NCBI GenBank assembly: GCA_963804165.1
Contig: CAWDPO010000009.1
Location: 64,001-128,000, forward strand
DNA length: 64,000 nt
Source of the DNA: an uncultured delta proteobacterium
GTDB lineage: Bacteria; Desulfobacterota; Binatia; UBA9968
Reading direction: 5' to 3'
Positions 1 to 10,511 of the stretch are shown here, piece by piece; the stretch's first letter is position 1, and each line of letters starts with the position of its first letter. A model generated the notes under the pieces. That model searched no databases. It was not told the origin of the DNA and saw only the letters and a program-made list of their open reading frames with translations. The position numbers were made by a program, and so were the translations under genes.

Positions 1-116
1 ATCTGGTCTTCGCCACGGTACTCGCCGTCATTATTGAAGCACTGGCATTGCTGGCGGGAATGCAAGCATTGGAAAAAAGGATCACCCGTTGGGCGCCGAA
101 CATCTCGATCGGGTAG
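1..116 (+). CDS. ABC transporter permease, C-terminal fragment (window edge)
   Basis: Frame from position 3 reads LVFATVLAVIIEALALLAGMQALEKRITRWAPNISIG*, a typical SsuC/TauC-type C-terminus, directly before the ABC ATPase. Confidence 0.7.
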   Translation, partial: LVFATVLAVIIEALALLAGMQALEKRITRWAPNISIG

Positions 117-896
117 GTGAGTGAGATGATACGGGTGCATGGCTTGAGCAAAGAGTTCGGCACGCGCGATAACGGCGGCGGCGTGCTTGCGCTCAGTGAC
201 ATCGACTTCGAAGTCCATGACAATGAATTCGTCACCATCATCGGCCCGAGCGGTTGCGGCAAGACCACTTTGTTGCGCATCGTCGCCGGACTGATTCCCT
301 ACGACCAGGGCGAAGTGGCCATCGACGGCCTGGCGGTCACCGGACCCGGACCGGAACGCGCAGTGGTGTTTCAGAACTTCGCGTTGATGCCGTGGGCCGA
401 CGTGCTTGGCAACGTAACCTTCGGACTTGAAGTCCGCGGCACGCCGCCGGATGAATGCCGAGAGAAAGCGAAGGATCTCATCAAGCTCGTCGGCCTCGAA
501 GGCTTCGAGAAACGCTTGCCCAAAGAGCTGTCGGGAGGGATGCAGCAGCGAGTCGGCCTTGCCCGCGCGTTGGCGGTCAATCCGCAGATTCTGCTCATGG
601 ACGAACCCTTTGGCGCCTTGGACGAGCAGACGCGCCGGCTTCTGCAGGAGCAACTGCTCAGGCTTTGGGAGGGACAACGCAAAACAGTGGTATTCGTCAC
701 GCACAGCATGGATGAAGCGGTCATGCTTGGCGATCGCGTCATGCTGATGACGCCGCGCCCCGGCAGGGTCAAGGAAATGATCGACGTGCCGCTGCAGAGA
801 CCGCGCTCGCCGCAAGTAGAAAAATCCGGCGCGTTTGTCGAGATCAAAGAATATCTGTGGGAAAACCTACGCGCCATGCAGGTGGGTGAATCGTGA
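117..896 (+). CDS. ABC transporter ATP-binding protein (NitT/TauT family)
   Basis: Walker A GPSGCGKT, LSGGMQQR signature, LLMDEPF, VTH. Confidence 0.95.
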   Translation: MSEMIRVHGLSKEFGTRDNGGGVLALSDIDFEVHDNEFVTIIGPSGCGKTTLLRIVAGLIPYDQGEVAIDGLAVTGPGPERAVVFQNFALMPWADVLGNVTFGLEVRGTPPDECREKAKDLIKLVGLEGFEKRLPKELSGGMQQRVGLARALAVNPQILLMDEPFGALDEQTRRLLQEQLLRLWEGQRKTVVFVTHSMDEAVMLGDRVMLMTPRPGRVKEMIDVPLQRPRSPQVEKSGAFVEIKEYLWENLRAMQVGES

Positions 897-1714
897 AACA
901 GGAGACTGTCACGAAAGCCGCGGTCAAATCAAACACCGCGCGCACGCTCGATAGACTACCGGCCCTGTGGCGTTTCGCGCGCGAAAACGCACCTGAGGTT
1001 TTGGCTCTTTTCGCCGGAGCCGCGCTTTGGGAAGTCTTGGGTTGGAGCCTCAGGCTACAGTGGCTGCCGCCATTTTCGAAAGTGATGGAAGCGCTGGTCC
1101 AGTTCGTCGGCAGCGGAGTCATTCTCGCCAACCTGCGATCGAGCCTGCAAGGATTGATAGTCGGCTTCAGTCTCTCTTTGATTCTGGGACTCTTTTTGGG
1201 CTCACTCATGGGTCGTTATCGCCACGTTGAAAAAGCCCTCGATCTTTATGTTCACGCGCTCTTTGTCTGCCCGTCCATTGTTTTCGCGCCAATCTTCTTT
1301 GCTATTTTTGGTTTGTCTGACGCATCTCGTATCGCGATCATCGTGGTCTATTCCATGTTCGTTATCGTCATCAACACCGCTGTCGCGATCCGCACGGTCG
1401 ATCCGTCGCTGGTCGAGATGGCCCGCTCGTTCGGCTGCCGTGAGCGCCAGATCTTCACGAGAATTTTATTGCCGGCTTCTCTACCTCTGGTATTCGCAGG
1501 CATCCGTCTTGGCGTGGGGCGCGCGGTCAAGGGAATGATCAATGGCGAGATGCTGATCGCTTTTGTCGGTCTCGGCGCGCTGGCGCAGCGCTACGGCGCT
1601 CAGTTTGATGCCGCCAAAGTATTTGCTATTGCGATGGTTGTCCTTATAATCGGCCTCGTTAGCAACGCGCTCGTCCAAATGCTCGATAATCGGCTGACGC
1701 GTTGGGCCGGCTAA
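893..1714 (+). CDS. ABC transporter permease (NitT/TauT family)
   Basis: Hydrophobic helices, EMARSFG (EAA-like) loop, overlaps ATPase stop (GTGA). Confidence 0.92.
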   Translation: MKQETVTKAAVKSNTARTLDRLPALWRFARENAPEVLALFAGAALWEVLGWSLRLQWLPPFSKVMEALVQFVGSGVILANLRSSLQGLIVGFSLSLILGLFLGSLMGRYRHVEKALDLYVHALFVCPSIVFAPIFFAIFGLSDASRIAIIVVYSMFVIVINTAVAIRTVDPSLVEMARSFGCRERQIFTRILLPASLPLVFAGIRLGVGRAVKGMINGEMLIAFVGLGALAQRYGAQFDAAKVFAIAMVVLIIGLVSNALVQMLDNRLTRWAG

Positions 1715-1746
1715 ATCCATTCATAGATGACGTTCCAGGCAAGAAA

Positions 1747-2298
1747 ATGAAAAAACAAATAACCTTGAAGGTAAACGGCGAAACGCACGATGTTGAGATA
1801 GAAGCGAATCGTCTTCTGTTGCACTTGCTAAGAGACAACCTCGGCCTGACCGGCACCAAAGAAGGCTGCAGCATCGGTGTTTGCGGCGCTTGCAGCGTCA
1901 TCGTCGACGGCCGCTTGGTCAGTTCCTGTTTGACTCTGGCCGCAGGCTGCGACGGCAAGAAGATCGAAACCATCGAAGGTCTCGCGAAGGACGGCAAGCT
2001 CCATCCGCTCCAACAGGCGTTTATCGAATACGGCGGTTTTCAGTGCGGCATCTGCACGCCGGGCCAAATCATGGCGGCCAAAGCGCTGCTCGACGAAAAC
2101 CCCAAGCCGAGCGAAGAAGAAGTCAAGGAATGGATGTCGGGCAATCTCTGCCGCTGTACCGGCTATTATAAAATTCTCGAATCGGTCATGGCTGTGGTGA
2201 ACGGCAAGACGGATCCTAATTACACGTTCCGCAAGCGCGAGACCACGGCGAAGATCCAGAGCCTGGACGTTTATAAGCCTGTCGCGAAGACGAGCTGA
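1747..2298 (+). CDS. (2Fe-2S)-binding small subunit of xanthine dehydrogenase/CoxS family
   Basis: GCSIGVCGACS, QCGICTPG, GNLCRCTGY motifs. Confidence 0.95.
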   Translation: MKKQITLKVNGETHDVEIEANRLLLHLLRDNLGLTGTKEGCSIGVCGACSVIVDGRLVSSCLTLAAGCDGKKIETIEGLAKDGKLHPLQQAFIEYGGFQCGICTPGQIMAAKALLDENPKPSEEEVKEWMSGNLCRCTGYYKILESVMAVVNGKTDPNYTFRKRETTAKIQSLDVYKPVAKTS

Positions 2299-2416
2299 TC
2301 CTTGACGATAAATTAATTCATCGAGTTTGATTTCGGATTAGATAGTCGTATTTCGCGATTGCGCATTCGTCTCGGCATCTTATGAACGTCTTGAAATCAC
2401 AGAGAATATTGCAATC

Positions 2417-4707
2417 ATGTCCAAAGCAGAAAATTTTTCCGTCGTCGGTAAGCGCGTTCAGCGAGTCGAAGGTTTCGATAAGGTTACCGGCGACTCGGAG
2501 TACATCGCCGACATTTACCTTCCCGGCATGCTTGTGGGAAAGGTTCTTGCGCAGCCCCTACCCGCACGCGCGCATCCGCCATATCGACACGAGCAAAGCG
2601 GAAAAACTTCCCGGCGTGCGCGCGGTGGTGACCGCCGAAGACACGATCAAAAGACCCTGGGGCGCGTTCTTTGCCGACCAGTATATTCTGTCCGTCGGCA
2701 AAACCCGCTACGTCGGCGAGGAAGTCGCCGCGGTGGCGGCCATCGATCCGGATATCGCCGAGGAGGCGCATTGATCTCATCGAAGTCGATTGGGAACCGC
2801 TTCCCGGAGTATTCGACGCCGAAGAAGCGATGAAGGACGGCGCGCCGTTGGTGCACGACGACAAGCCGAACAATATCGCCATGCAACTTGGACCTGGAGC
2901 GCGGCAACATCGCTCAGGCCTTCGCCGAGTCCGACGTGATCGTCGAAGACACCTTCACCAGCATGCCGCAGTGGCACTGCTCCATCGAAACCATCGGCAG
3001 CGTGGCCGAATACGCCACCAGCGGCAAGTACACGATCTACATGAACACCCAGACGTTGTTTAACGCGCGCTACCGCATCGCCACGGCGCTGGGCGTTCCC
3101 GAGACCGACGTGCGCATCATTCAGAGCGCCGTCGGCGGCGGCTTCGGCGGCAAATCCTGCGACGACAACAACGCTTTGGTGGCCGCGGTCTTGGCGAAGA
3201 AAGCGCGTAAGCCGGTCAAGTTGATCAACACCCGCGAAGAAGAATTTCTCGCCGGCTGCCGGCCGCGCGTGTTCATGAAGATCAACGTCAAGATGGGCTT
3301 CAAGAAAGACGGCCGCATCCGCGCCAAAGAATTGAAAGTCATCGCCGACAACGGCGCCTACTCGGCCAAAGCGCCGGCGATCACCGGCGTCGCGGCGATG
3401 CGCCACGACACCTGCTATAAGTATTCCGACGTAAAGATCGACGCCAAGCTGGTTTATACCAACAAGGTTCCCACCGGCGCCTTTCGCGGCTTCGGCAATC
3501 CGTCGGCGGAATGGGCGGTCGAGCAGGCCATCGACTTAGGCGCCCACGCGCTCGGCATCGATCCTATGGAGATTGCCCGCATCAACGCCGCAGAAGTCGG
3601 CTACGTTTCGCCGCATGGCAATCGCGTCACCAGTTGCGAGCTCAAGCAATGCCTCGACATGACGGAAAAGATGATCGACTGGAAAGCCAAGCGCGCCAAC
3701 AAACAGCCGAACACCGGTTTGGGCTTGGCTTGCACGGTCCACGTCAGCGGCAAGCGCCACTTCGGCGACTACGACGGCAGCTCGGCGACAATCAAGATCA
3801 ACGAAGACGGCAAAGCGCTGATTCTCAGCGGCGAAGGCGAGTGCGGCCAGGGCGTGCACACGGCGATGTGCCAGATCGCCGCCGAAGAGCTTGGGCGTGC
3901 CGGTCGAAGACGTGGAAATTTCCCGCGCCGACACCGATCTGACGACATTCTGCTTGGGCGCTTTCGCGAGCCGGCTTGACCTACGTCAGCGGCAACGCGG
4001 TCAAGAACGCCGCGACCAACGTCAAGCAGCAACTGTTCGAGCAAGCCGCCGAAATGTTGGAGGCCAACGCCGCCGACCTGATATCGCGCGACGGCAGGAT
4101 TTTCGTCAAAGGCGCGGAAGGAAAATCGGTGACCGTCTCGGATGTCGCCCGCGCGCGATTATTCCGCCATAACGGCGCGCCGATCGTCGGCTCGGGCAGC
4201 TTCGACGCCGACTCGGTGCTCCCCGATAGCACGCGCTTCGGCAACGAGTCGGGCGCTTACAATTACGGCGCCCAAGCCGCGCAAGTGCACGTCGATCCGG
4301 AAACCGGGCAAGTTAAAGATTCTTGCAATTCGTCGTCGCCTCGGACTGCGGCACGGTGATCTATCCGCTCGGCGCCGAGGGCCAGGTCGAAGGCGGTCTG
4401 GCGCAAGGCATCGGCTACGCGCTCACCGAAGGATTGCAGATCGACGAAGGCAGGCCGCTCAATCCTAATTTTTCCGACTATCGCATTCCGTCCATGCGCG
4501 ACATGCCGCCGCTCCAGCATGCCTTCGCCGATTCTTATGAACCGACCGGGCCCTTCGGCGCCAAGGGTTTGGGCGAGCTCAACATGGACCCCACCGCGGC
4601 GGTCATCAATAATGCGATCTTCGACGCCGTCGGCGTGCGGGTGAAAACTTTGCCGATCACGCCGGAAAAAATCCTCCGCGCGCTGAAGGAGAAAGAACAA
4701 GTCATGA
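2417..4707 (+). CDS. Xanthine dehydrogenase family molybdopterin-binding large subunit (several frameshifts)
   Basis: Pieces in ORFs 2417, 2382, 2671, 2888, 3891, 3976, 4323: RSPYPHARI, GGGFGGK, AFRGFGNP, GQG, GAKGLGE; the 3' end is approximate. Confidence 0.88.
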
Positions 4708-5565
4708 TTCGCTTCGACTACCAGGAACCGACGACGCTCAAGAAAGCTTTCGGTTTGATGGAAAAGCATGGCGACGATGGCCGCGTCATTGCCGGCGGCA
4801 CTTCTTTGCTCATCATGATGCGCCAGCGTCTGCTCACGCCCAAAGTCGTGATCAGCTTGGCGCGCATCCCGAAGTTCGACAAAATCACCTTCAACGCGAA
4901 AGACGGCCTGCGCATCGGCGCCGGCGCGCGCCATCGCGACATCGAACTTTCCCCCGCCGTGCAAAAGCATTATCCCCTGCTCCACGAAACTTTTCGTAAA
5001 GTCGCCCAGCCGCGCATTCGCAACATGGGCACCGTCGGCGGCAATCTCGCCGCCGGCGATCCGCTGACCGATCCAGGCGCAAGCCTGATCGCGCTCGACG
5101 CCGAAGTGATGCTCACGAGCAGCAAGGGACAGCGAACGCTGCGCCTGGATGAATTTTTCGTCGACTACTATCAAACCGCTATGGAGCCCGGCGAACTGCT
5201 GACCGAGATTCATGTGCCGCCGCCGCAACGACCCGGCTGGTCGCACATCAAATTCACTCCGCGCAGCGTCGAAGACTTCGCCACGGTCGGCGTCGCGATC
5301 ACATTGAAAACCAACAACGGCACCTGCGAGGATGTTCGGCTCGGCCTCAATTCCGTCGCCTCGACCATCGTGCACGCAAAAAAAGCCGAAGAAGTTTTGC
5401 GCGGCAAAGCCGATCACCGATGCCGCTCTCAGCGAAATGGGCGACGTCGCCGCCACCGAATGCGATCCTACCGACGACAACCGCGGCTCCGCCGAATATA
5501 AGCGCGAGATGGTTAAAGTCTTAGTGCGTCGGGCGGCCGAAGAAGCGCTTCAACGCGCCAATTGA
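4704..5565 (+). CDS. Xanthine dehydrogenase family FAD-binding medium subunit (CoxM/XdhB-like), frameshift near 5410
   Basis: MIRFDYQEP start after AAGGAG, IAGGTSL, IRNMGTVGGN; C-terminal DNRGSAEYKR in ORF 5332..5565. Confidence 0.9.
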
Positions 5566-5760
5566 ATCCTCAGAACACGGGGCTCGACGTTCACAAGAAT
5601 TCGTTCACTCCGCTCGAACCGCGCACTATTTTTTAAACTCTCCGATTTCACGCCCTCGGCGCCGCGGCGGTGATTCATTCGCCGCTATCAGAGAACGTTT
5701 TGACGCTTCGAGAATTCCCGAAACGAAAAAATCCATGCGGTTGTCACTGGCGGGAGTTTC

Positions 5761-5823
5761 TTGAAGGGTTGAAACGTCTTGAACGGAGCGCAGCGATGGA
5801 ACGGCTGGAACTATTGGAACGGA
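5761..5823 (+). repeat. TTGAAC/TGGAAC-unit degenerate tandem repeat with core TTGAACGGAGCGCAGCGATGGAACG
   Basis: Core is nearly identical to 63775-63799 and similar to 11909-11928. Confidence 0.75.
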
Positions 5824-5852
5824 CTTGGGCCTGAAGATCGAGTCTCGACGCG

Positions 5853-6047
5853 TCAGGTTTGAGGAACAGCCCAGCGCACTTTCCCGGCGGCGATCTCGCG
5901 AAGAGCGATAACAATATCTCGGTTATCAGATTTTATAACCGGCTTGGCTCCTTTTAGGAGCTGCTTTGCTCGTATTGAAGCCAGCAAGACGAGATCAAAA
6001 CGACTCGAAACTTTATCCAAACAATCTTCAACGGTTACTCTTGCCAT
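5853..6047 (-). CDS. rpoZ: DNA-directed RNA polymerase omega subunit (orphan copy)
   Basis: [30 protein letters not shown]...[11 protein letters not shown]. Confidence 0.9.
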   Translation of the reverse strand: MARVTVEDCLDKVSSRFDLVLLASIRAKQLLKGAKPVIKSDNRDIVIALREIAAGKVRWAVPQT

Positions 6048-6307
6048 AGGCAAACACTGTAAGCGTCCGGATCGAAGAACACAAGGACAATTTCTGCAGT
6101 CCTACGGTGTTCACATCCTCAATTACCGCGAGTCTCCAGAATCGTCAGCGATCCCAAGGAGTTAGTCGAAACGGCAGGCCGAACAGGTGGTCATTTATTC
6201 ATTTCTTTCCTGCGCAGAGCCGGCGCAACATGTTTCGATTTGGGCCACTCCATAAACCGAGCTTAATCTTTTCCGAATCCACCGGGAACCTCCATTAGGT
6301 CCGAGTT

Positions 6308-6529
6308 TCACACACGCCGAGTCAATTCACCGCAGCGATGGCAGATCCAGAAATCCGAATACTGTCTCGCCGCGGAGCCTTCTTCACATATCTCACAATG
6401 GAGATGGCGGCAGTCGTCGCAAACGGTGCTACCCCTCAGCGCTGGGCGTATCGCTGGCCCCGAATTTACCTCGATGAGAGCAACGGATTTCGGCTCTCCC
6501 GGTATGTCCTTCACGGTCAGTCGCTGCAT
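6308..6529 (-). CDS. Small Cys-rich putative zinc-ribbon protein
   Basis: CDDC, CEIC, CHRC motifs in about 73 aa. Confidence 0.45.
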   Translation of the reverse strand: MQRLTVKDIPGEPKSVALIEVNSGPAIRPALRGSTVCDDCRHLHCEICEEGSAARQYSDFWICHRCGELTRRV

Positions 6530-7043
6530 TTTCCCGTCCCGCATATCAGCCATCTCAAGCAACTGTTGCTGGTGTCGCTGCCCGTGCCTTTATCTCCGCC
6601 AAACCGCAGGCATCTTCTCGGTCCCGAGGGGTACGAAAAACAGAATTGTAATGATCGTTGTAACGTAGGGCGACCATCGCGGAATATCCCTTGGTTCGGG
6701 CTTCCGGTCCTGCGGCCCCGGGTAGTTTAAGCTCGGACGGCTTTTTGTAGTGCGCGGATGCTATACCCGATTGCCTGCAGTTACAATGGCACGATGAATT
6801 GCACGCACAACCAAGCATGCGTCGGTTGGATCGTTTGCAATAAAAGGCGCGCGCACGGGCGCGGTGAAATCTTGCTGGCTCCGAGCCGTCGCGCGAATCG
6901 CTGTTTTCAGCAAAACGTCAGAGGCTGAGATTGCAAATTCTTCGTATGTCCAGGGCCGGGCCTCATAGATTTTACACTTAAACCATAAAGCTTTGAGATC
7001 AATCGGAAGGCGCCATCCGAAGCTAAATGACGGGAAGCGAATG

Positions 7044-7280
7044 TTATTTCCGTTGTTGAATCGCCAAAATGGACGTGAGAGGCGCGCTGACTGTGACCAT
7101 TGTGCTGGCCGCGGCAGTAGAATGTTCATCCCATGTCGCGCTCGATCTACCGAAATCGACGCCTGCTGCCGCGTCAGCGTGAATCCGAATGTTGCCGATC
7201 TTAAAGGATCCTGCTACCGGCTGGTGCCATCCATCATTGAGAAGCACCGCGCTAATATTGTTTTCATTGATATCAAGCAT
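7044..7280 (-). CDS. Hypothetical protein (78 aa)
   Basis: Strong SD AAAGGAG upstream of ATG at 7280; globular-looking sequence. Confidence 0.55.
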   Translation of the reverse strand: MLDINENNISAVLLNDGWHQPVAGSFKIGNIRIHADAAAGVDFGRSSATWDEHSTAAASTMVTVSAPLTSILAIQQRK

Positions 7281-7514
7281 CGATTTATCTCCTTTGGATG
7301 CGTCTATTAGGACAAACAATCACGAGAAAGCAACTAGGGCCGGGCTTCTGACGCACGAATGCTTTGACTTTCAATGGCAAACTAGCATTTCCACCTTTTC
7401 CTCCGCCCGGCACGGCAAGATTGACGAGTGCCGTGAGAACGGATAATCTTGGTTCCGAAGCAGATGTATCGGCGTAAGAAATCGCCCAAGGGATATTGTG
7501 AGGGAGGTTAACCA

Positions 7515-7646
7515 GTGAAGAGCTCAATTAAAATATTTGCCGTCCTTCTTGGTGTTCTTCTTTTAGCATCAAGCTGCGCGAGCCTTAGCTATTCTGTGGG
7601 CAATACTGCCGAGCCAATCAATTGGCGGGAGTACAACGACTGTTGA
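7515..7646 (+). CDS. Small lipoprotein (43 aa), below ORF-track cutoff
   Basis: AGGGAGG SD then GTG; MKSSIKIFAVLLGVLLLASSC lipobox-type signal; followed by GGCG-N7-CGCC hairpin and CCTTTT. Confidence 0.6.
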   Translation: MKSSIKIFAVLLGVLLLASSCASLSYSVGNTAEPINWREYNDC

Positions 7647-7801
7647 CGGCGTGAGAACCGCCCCTTTTCGCTCCCTGACCTCTTATTTCTCCCCGGCGTC
7701 CTCAGTGCTTCGGCGATACAATCATAAGTCGCCTCGCGGCGAACGTTCGGGCACTTCGACAATTCCCCAACGTGGCAGCTATAACAGCGTTGCTCTTCCC
7801 C

Positions 7802-7905
7802 TCGAACTTTTTGAACGTCAATTTGAACACTGGAACGTTTGAACCACCGCCAAGCATTGAACGAAACAATGCGGTTGAACGGCTCGAACGTTTGGAACGG
7901 CTTGG
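7802..7905 (+). repeat. TTGAAC-unit degenerate tandem array
   Basis: About 9 copies of (T/C/G)GAAC(G/A/C/T) units at roughly 9-10 bp spacing. Confidence 0.7.
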
Positions 7906-7934
7906 CTATTACTTTGAGCGACTAAGCAGGAATC

Positions 7935-8231
7935 TCAACCTTCGTCCATGTAGTCTCTGCCGAATCGGAACTGCTCAAACCGTTTTTGTGTCTGGATCTG
8001 CTCGCTGGCGGACGGTCCGGCGCACGGACCATAGTAATCGATGTAGTCACCGCCACCCATTTGCGCGGGCCTTGCGAGATCCGACGGACCGACGGGTTGC
8101 AGTTTCTTGTGGCAGTACCCATCACCGGCTGCTTGCTGGTTAACTGTGGCCATATTATACGTGCCGCTAGTACAGCCAACGAAAGACAACAGAATCATAA
8201 CCAGTGACATCGTCAAAACGAAACGGTTCAT
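7935..8231 (-). CDS. Hypothetical lipoprotein
   Basis: Signal peptide with FVGC lipobox; AAAGGGG SD; two further Cys. Confidence 0.7.
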   Translation of the reverse strand: MNRFVLTMSLVMILLSFVGCTSGTYNMATVNQQAAGDGYCHKKLQPVGPSDLARPAQMGGGDYIDYYGPCAGPSASEQIQTQKRFEQFRFGRDYMDEG

Positions 8232-8422
8232 AAAATATCCCCTTTGGTCAGGTCACTATCGACCGAACTCCTATCCCTCGCGGTTAAGCTTATCAATTCC
8301 CGACGCTTCGGGAAAGGGCTCTCGTATTGCGCTATGTATAATCTAACCGAGTAAAGGTTCGTTGCGCCATTTGAGAGTCTAACCTTCCTGAGCCGCAAAA
8401 TGCGGAGAAGGAAGGAGGAGCA

Positions 8423-8542
8423 ATGGAGGAGTTTAGGATGTCCGAATCAGGTTACTCTTGTCCGCTACGCGTCTTCGGCGTCTCGGCAATGCATCATCAT
8501 TTGCCGTGCAGAGAATGTTTCGACGTTCCGATAATTCCCTAA
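8423..8542 (+). CDS. Candidate small ORF (39 aa, HHH and CxxC)
   Basis: TATAAT at 8337-8342, GGAGGAG SD, MEEFRMSESGYSCPLRVFGVSAMHHHLPCRECFDVPIIP*. Confidence 0.3.
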   Translation: MEEFRMSESGYSCPLRVFGVSAMHHHLPCRECFDVPIIP

Positions 8543-9046
8543 ACCTGAAACTATGACCGAGTTGCGCTTCCCTTGAACGTTGATCTTTTAAGCCTGCTCC
8601 CGTTTTGAACGACTTGAACGTCTGAAACGACTAGGTTTTTACGGTCGCCTATTGATTTTGGCACATCACCGCACTGCGTTGCGCGCAATCTCCTACTTGT
8701 TCCAATCACCGATAGCCGTAGGGAGCCATGCTGCCCGTTGCCCGTTATTCATCGAGTCATGAGGGATGGCGCGGCGCCGAACCGAGCGTACGCGGATGCG
8801 TCGTCAGACTTTCGAACGCTCCCCTTGAATAAACTTAACCAACATTTAAATAAACCTACCGTCAAATCTCAGCACGGTGATTTGCTATCGACGCGAGAAA
8901 CGTTATTGTGAATTCATCGTGCCTCGATTTTCTTCACGTCTTATGAGACCAGCAAAACCATGAAACGCGAGCCATCAGATGCCGACAGGTCGTCGAACAC
9001 AAAACATAATTCTGCGAAGAACATTGGTCGCTGAACGCAATGAGCC

Positions 9047-9595
9047 ATGTGGCAAGAGACCATCACTCTGATTCCTGCGCTGGTCGGACTCGTCGCTGCC
9101 GCTGGAGGCGTTTGGGCCGCTCGCGCGGCCCATCGATCGGCTGTTACCGCACAGGAAGTAGCGAGACACGCGGAAAAGGTCGACCGTCGCGGACTGATGA
9201 GAGATCTGAGCACCACGGCTCATCGTGTTGTCGCTGAATCTTTACAGATAGGTTTGCTCATCGAAGAATTGAAGATCGAGTACCGAATGCTCGCTACCTC
9301 TTCGGGCCAATCGGGAAGTTCAAGAGAGAAGCTGCTCATCCAACGGGCCGAAGCGAAGCAGAAAGAAATGTGGCCGTTGCAGGAGGAAGCACGAAAATTG
9401 ATCGAAGAGCGGGCGCAACTTGGCAATGCTTCAGAAGAGGACTTGACGCAATCACTGAGCAAATTCGATGGCTATCTCGTTGAGGTACTCCGGATAAAAG
9501 ATAGCCTTGTCAGGGAAGTCGCCGCAACGGCAGGCGACAACCGAATTCACCGTGAACGCCGCGTCAAAGCTCTCCATCAGCACCACTTAAGATAA
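9047..9595 (+). CDS. Hypothetical protein, N-terminal TM anchor plus helical/coiled-coil region
   Basis: 182-aa ORF, hydrophobic N-terminus, E/K/R/Q-rich helices. Confidence 0.65.
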   Translation: MWQETITLIPALVGLVAAAGGVWAARAAHRSAVTAQEVARHAEKVDRRGLMRDLSTTAHRVVAESLQIGLLIEELKIEYRMLATSSGQSGSSREKLLIQRAEAKQKEMWPLQEEARKLIEERAQLGNASEEDLTQSLSKFDGYLVEVLRIKDSLVREVAATAGDNRIHRERRVKALHQHHLR

Positions 9596-9737
9596 TCGCA
9601 TGCGAAGCCTGACTTCGCTTAGTCACTGGCTTGGGGACAAAGAATCCTATCCTGCTTGCTCGGTTTGGGCCTTTTTTGAAGCGGGATATTTCCCCGGGTA
9701 CCCCTCGCGCCTTAACGGTGAACTTTTTCAAAGGACG

Positions 9738-10043
9738 CTACAATCGCAGGTCTCGCTTAGGTATAACCAGCAGCCACTCGACCAATCGATCGCGGCCGAA
9801 CTTGCTCGCATAGAAGCCGACGAGACCGAGAGGTGCAAACAGCCACGTCAAAAGCCACAAAGGCCAAGACGTTTCAAAGCTGAGTAATCCGCCTAAAAGC
9901 GGCAACGTGGCGATCTCCAGGCAAACGCCGCTGCTAAACACCAAGAGGCTTCTCTTCCACTGGCTAGTCTGCAGGCGCACCGCCTCCGGGTTCCACAGGC
10001 ACAAAAGAAATCCCTGGATCAAACCAAGTTCATGATGCTTCAA
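9738..10043 (-). CDS. Hypothetical membrane protein
   Basis: Two hydrophobic segments; GGAGG upstream of TTG. Confidence 0.4.
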   Translation of the reverse strand: MKHHELGLIQGFLLCLWNPEAVRLQTSQWKRSLLVFSSGVCLEIATLPLLGGLLSFETSWPLWLLTWLFAPLGLVGFYASKFGRDRLVEWLLVIPKRDLRL

Positions 10044-10511
10044 CTTCCTTCGCCTCCCACTGACAGAATTGTGTCGTTGCGGAATGTTTGTGAGAGACCG
10101 GATGGAATAAAAATGAGAACCCGATCACGGACACAACTTCAGTCTGCATTCCGATACAGGGTGCATATGTTAAATCGACATGGGTCGGAGTGCAAATATA
10201 TTTGCGTTATGAGGGCGAGGCAAGACGCATTCGTTTTTTAAAAATCCAAGAATGAAGAGCTGGCCCGGTCGTTTCCACCTGGCCTCCCGGGCAACAATGA
10301 AGTACGACTTGACCGGCGTTGATTCTTAAATAATCGTCTGTCAAACCCGAGGTATCTCAGCAATTTATCAACGAAAAAGCAGCACGGCATAGCACTGCAG
10401 GCGGAAAAGTTTTAGCATTATTAATGTTGGAAAACAGGGAACATCGATGACCGTCGCAAATTCCGAGAGATGCACGAGTTGCAGCCGAGCCCATCACCAG
10501 GAGTTGTCCAC

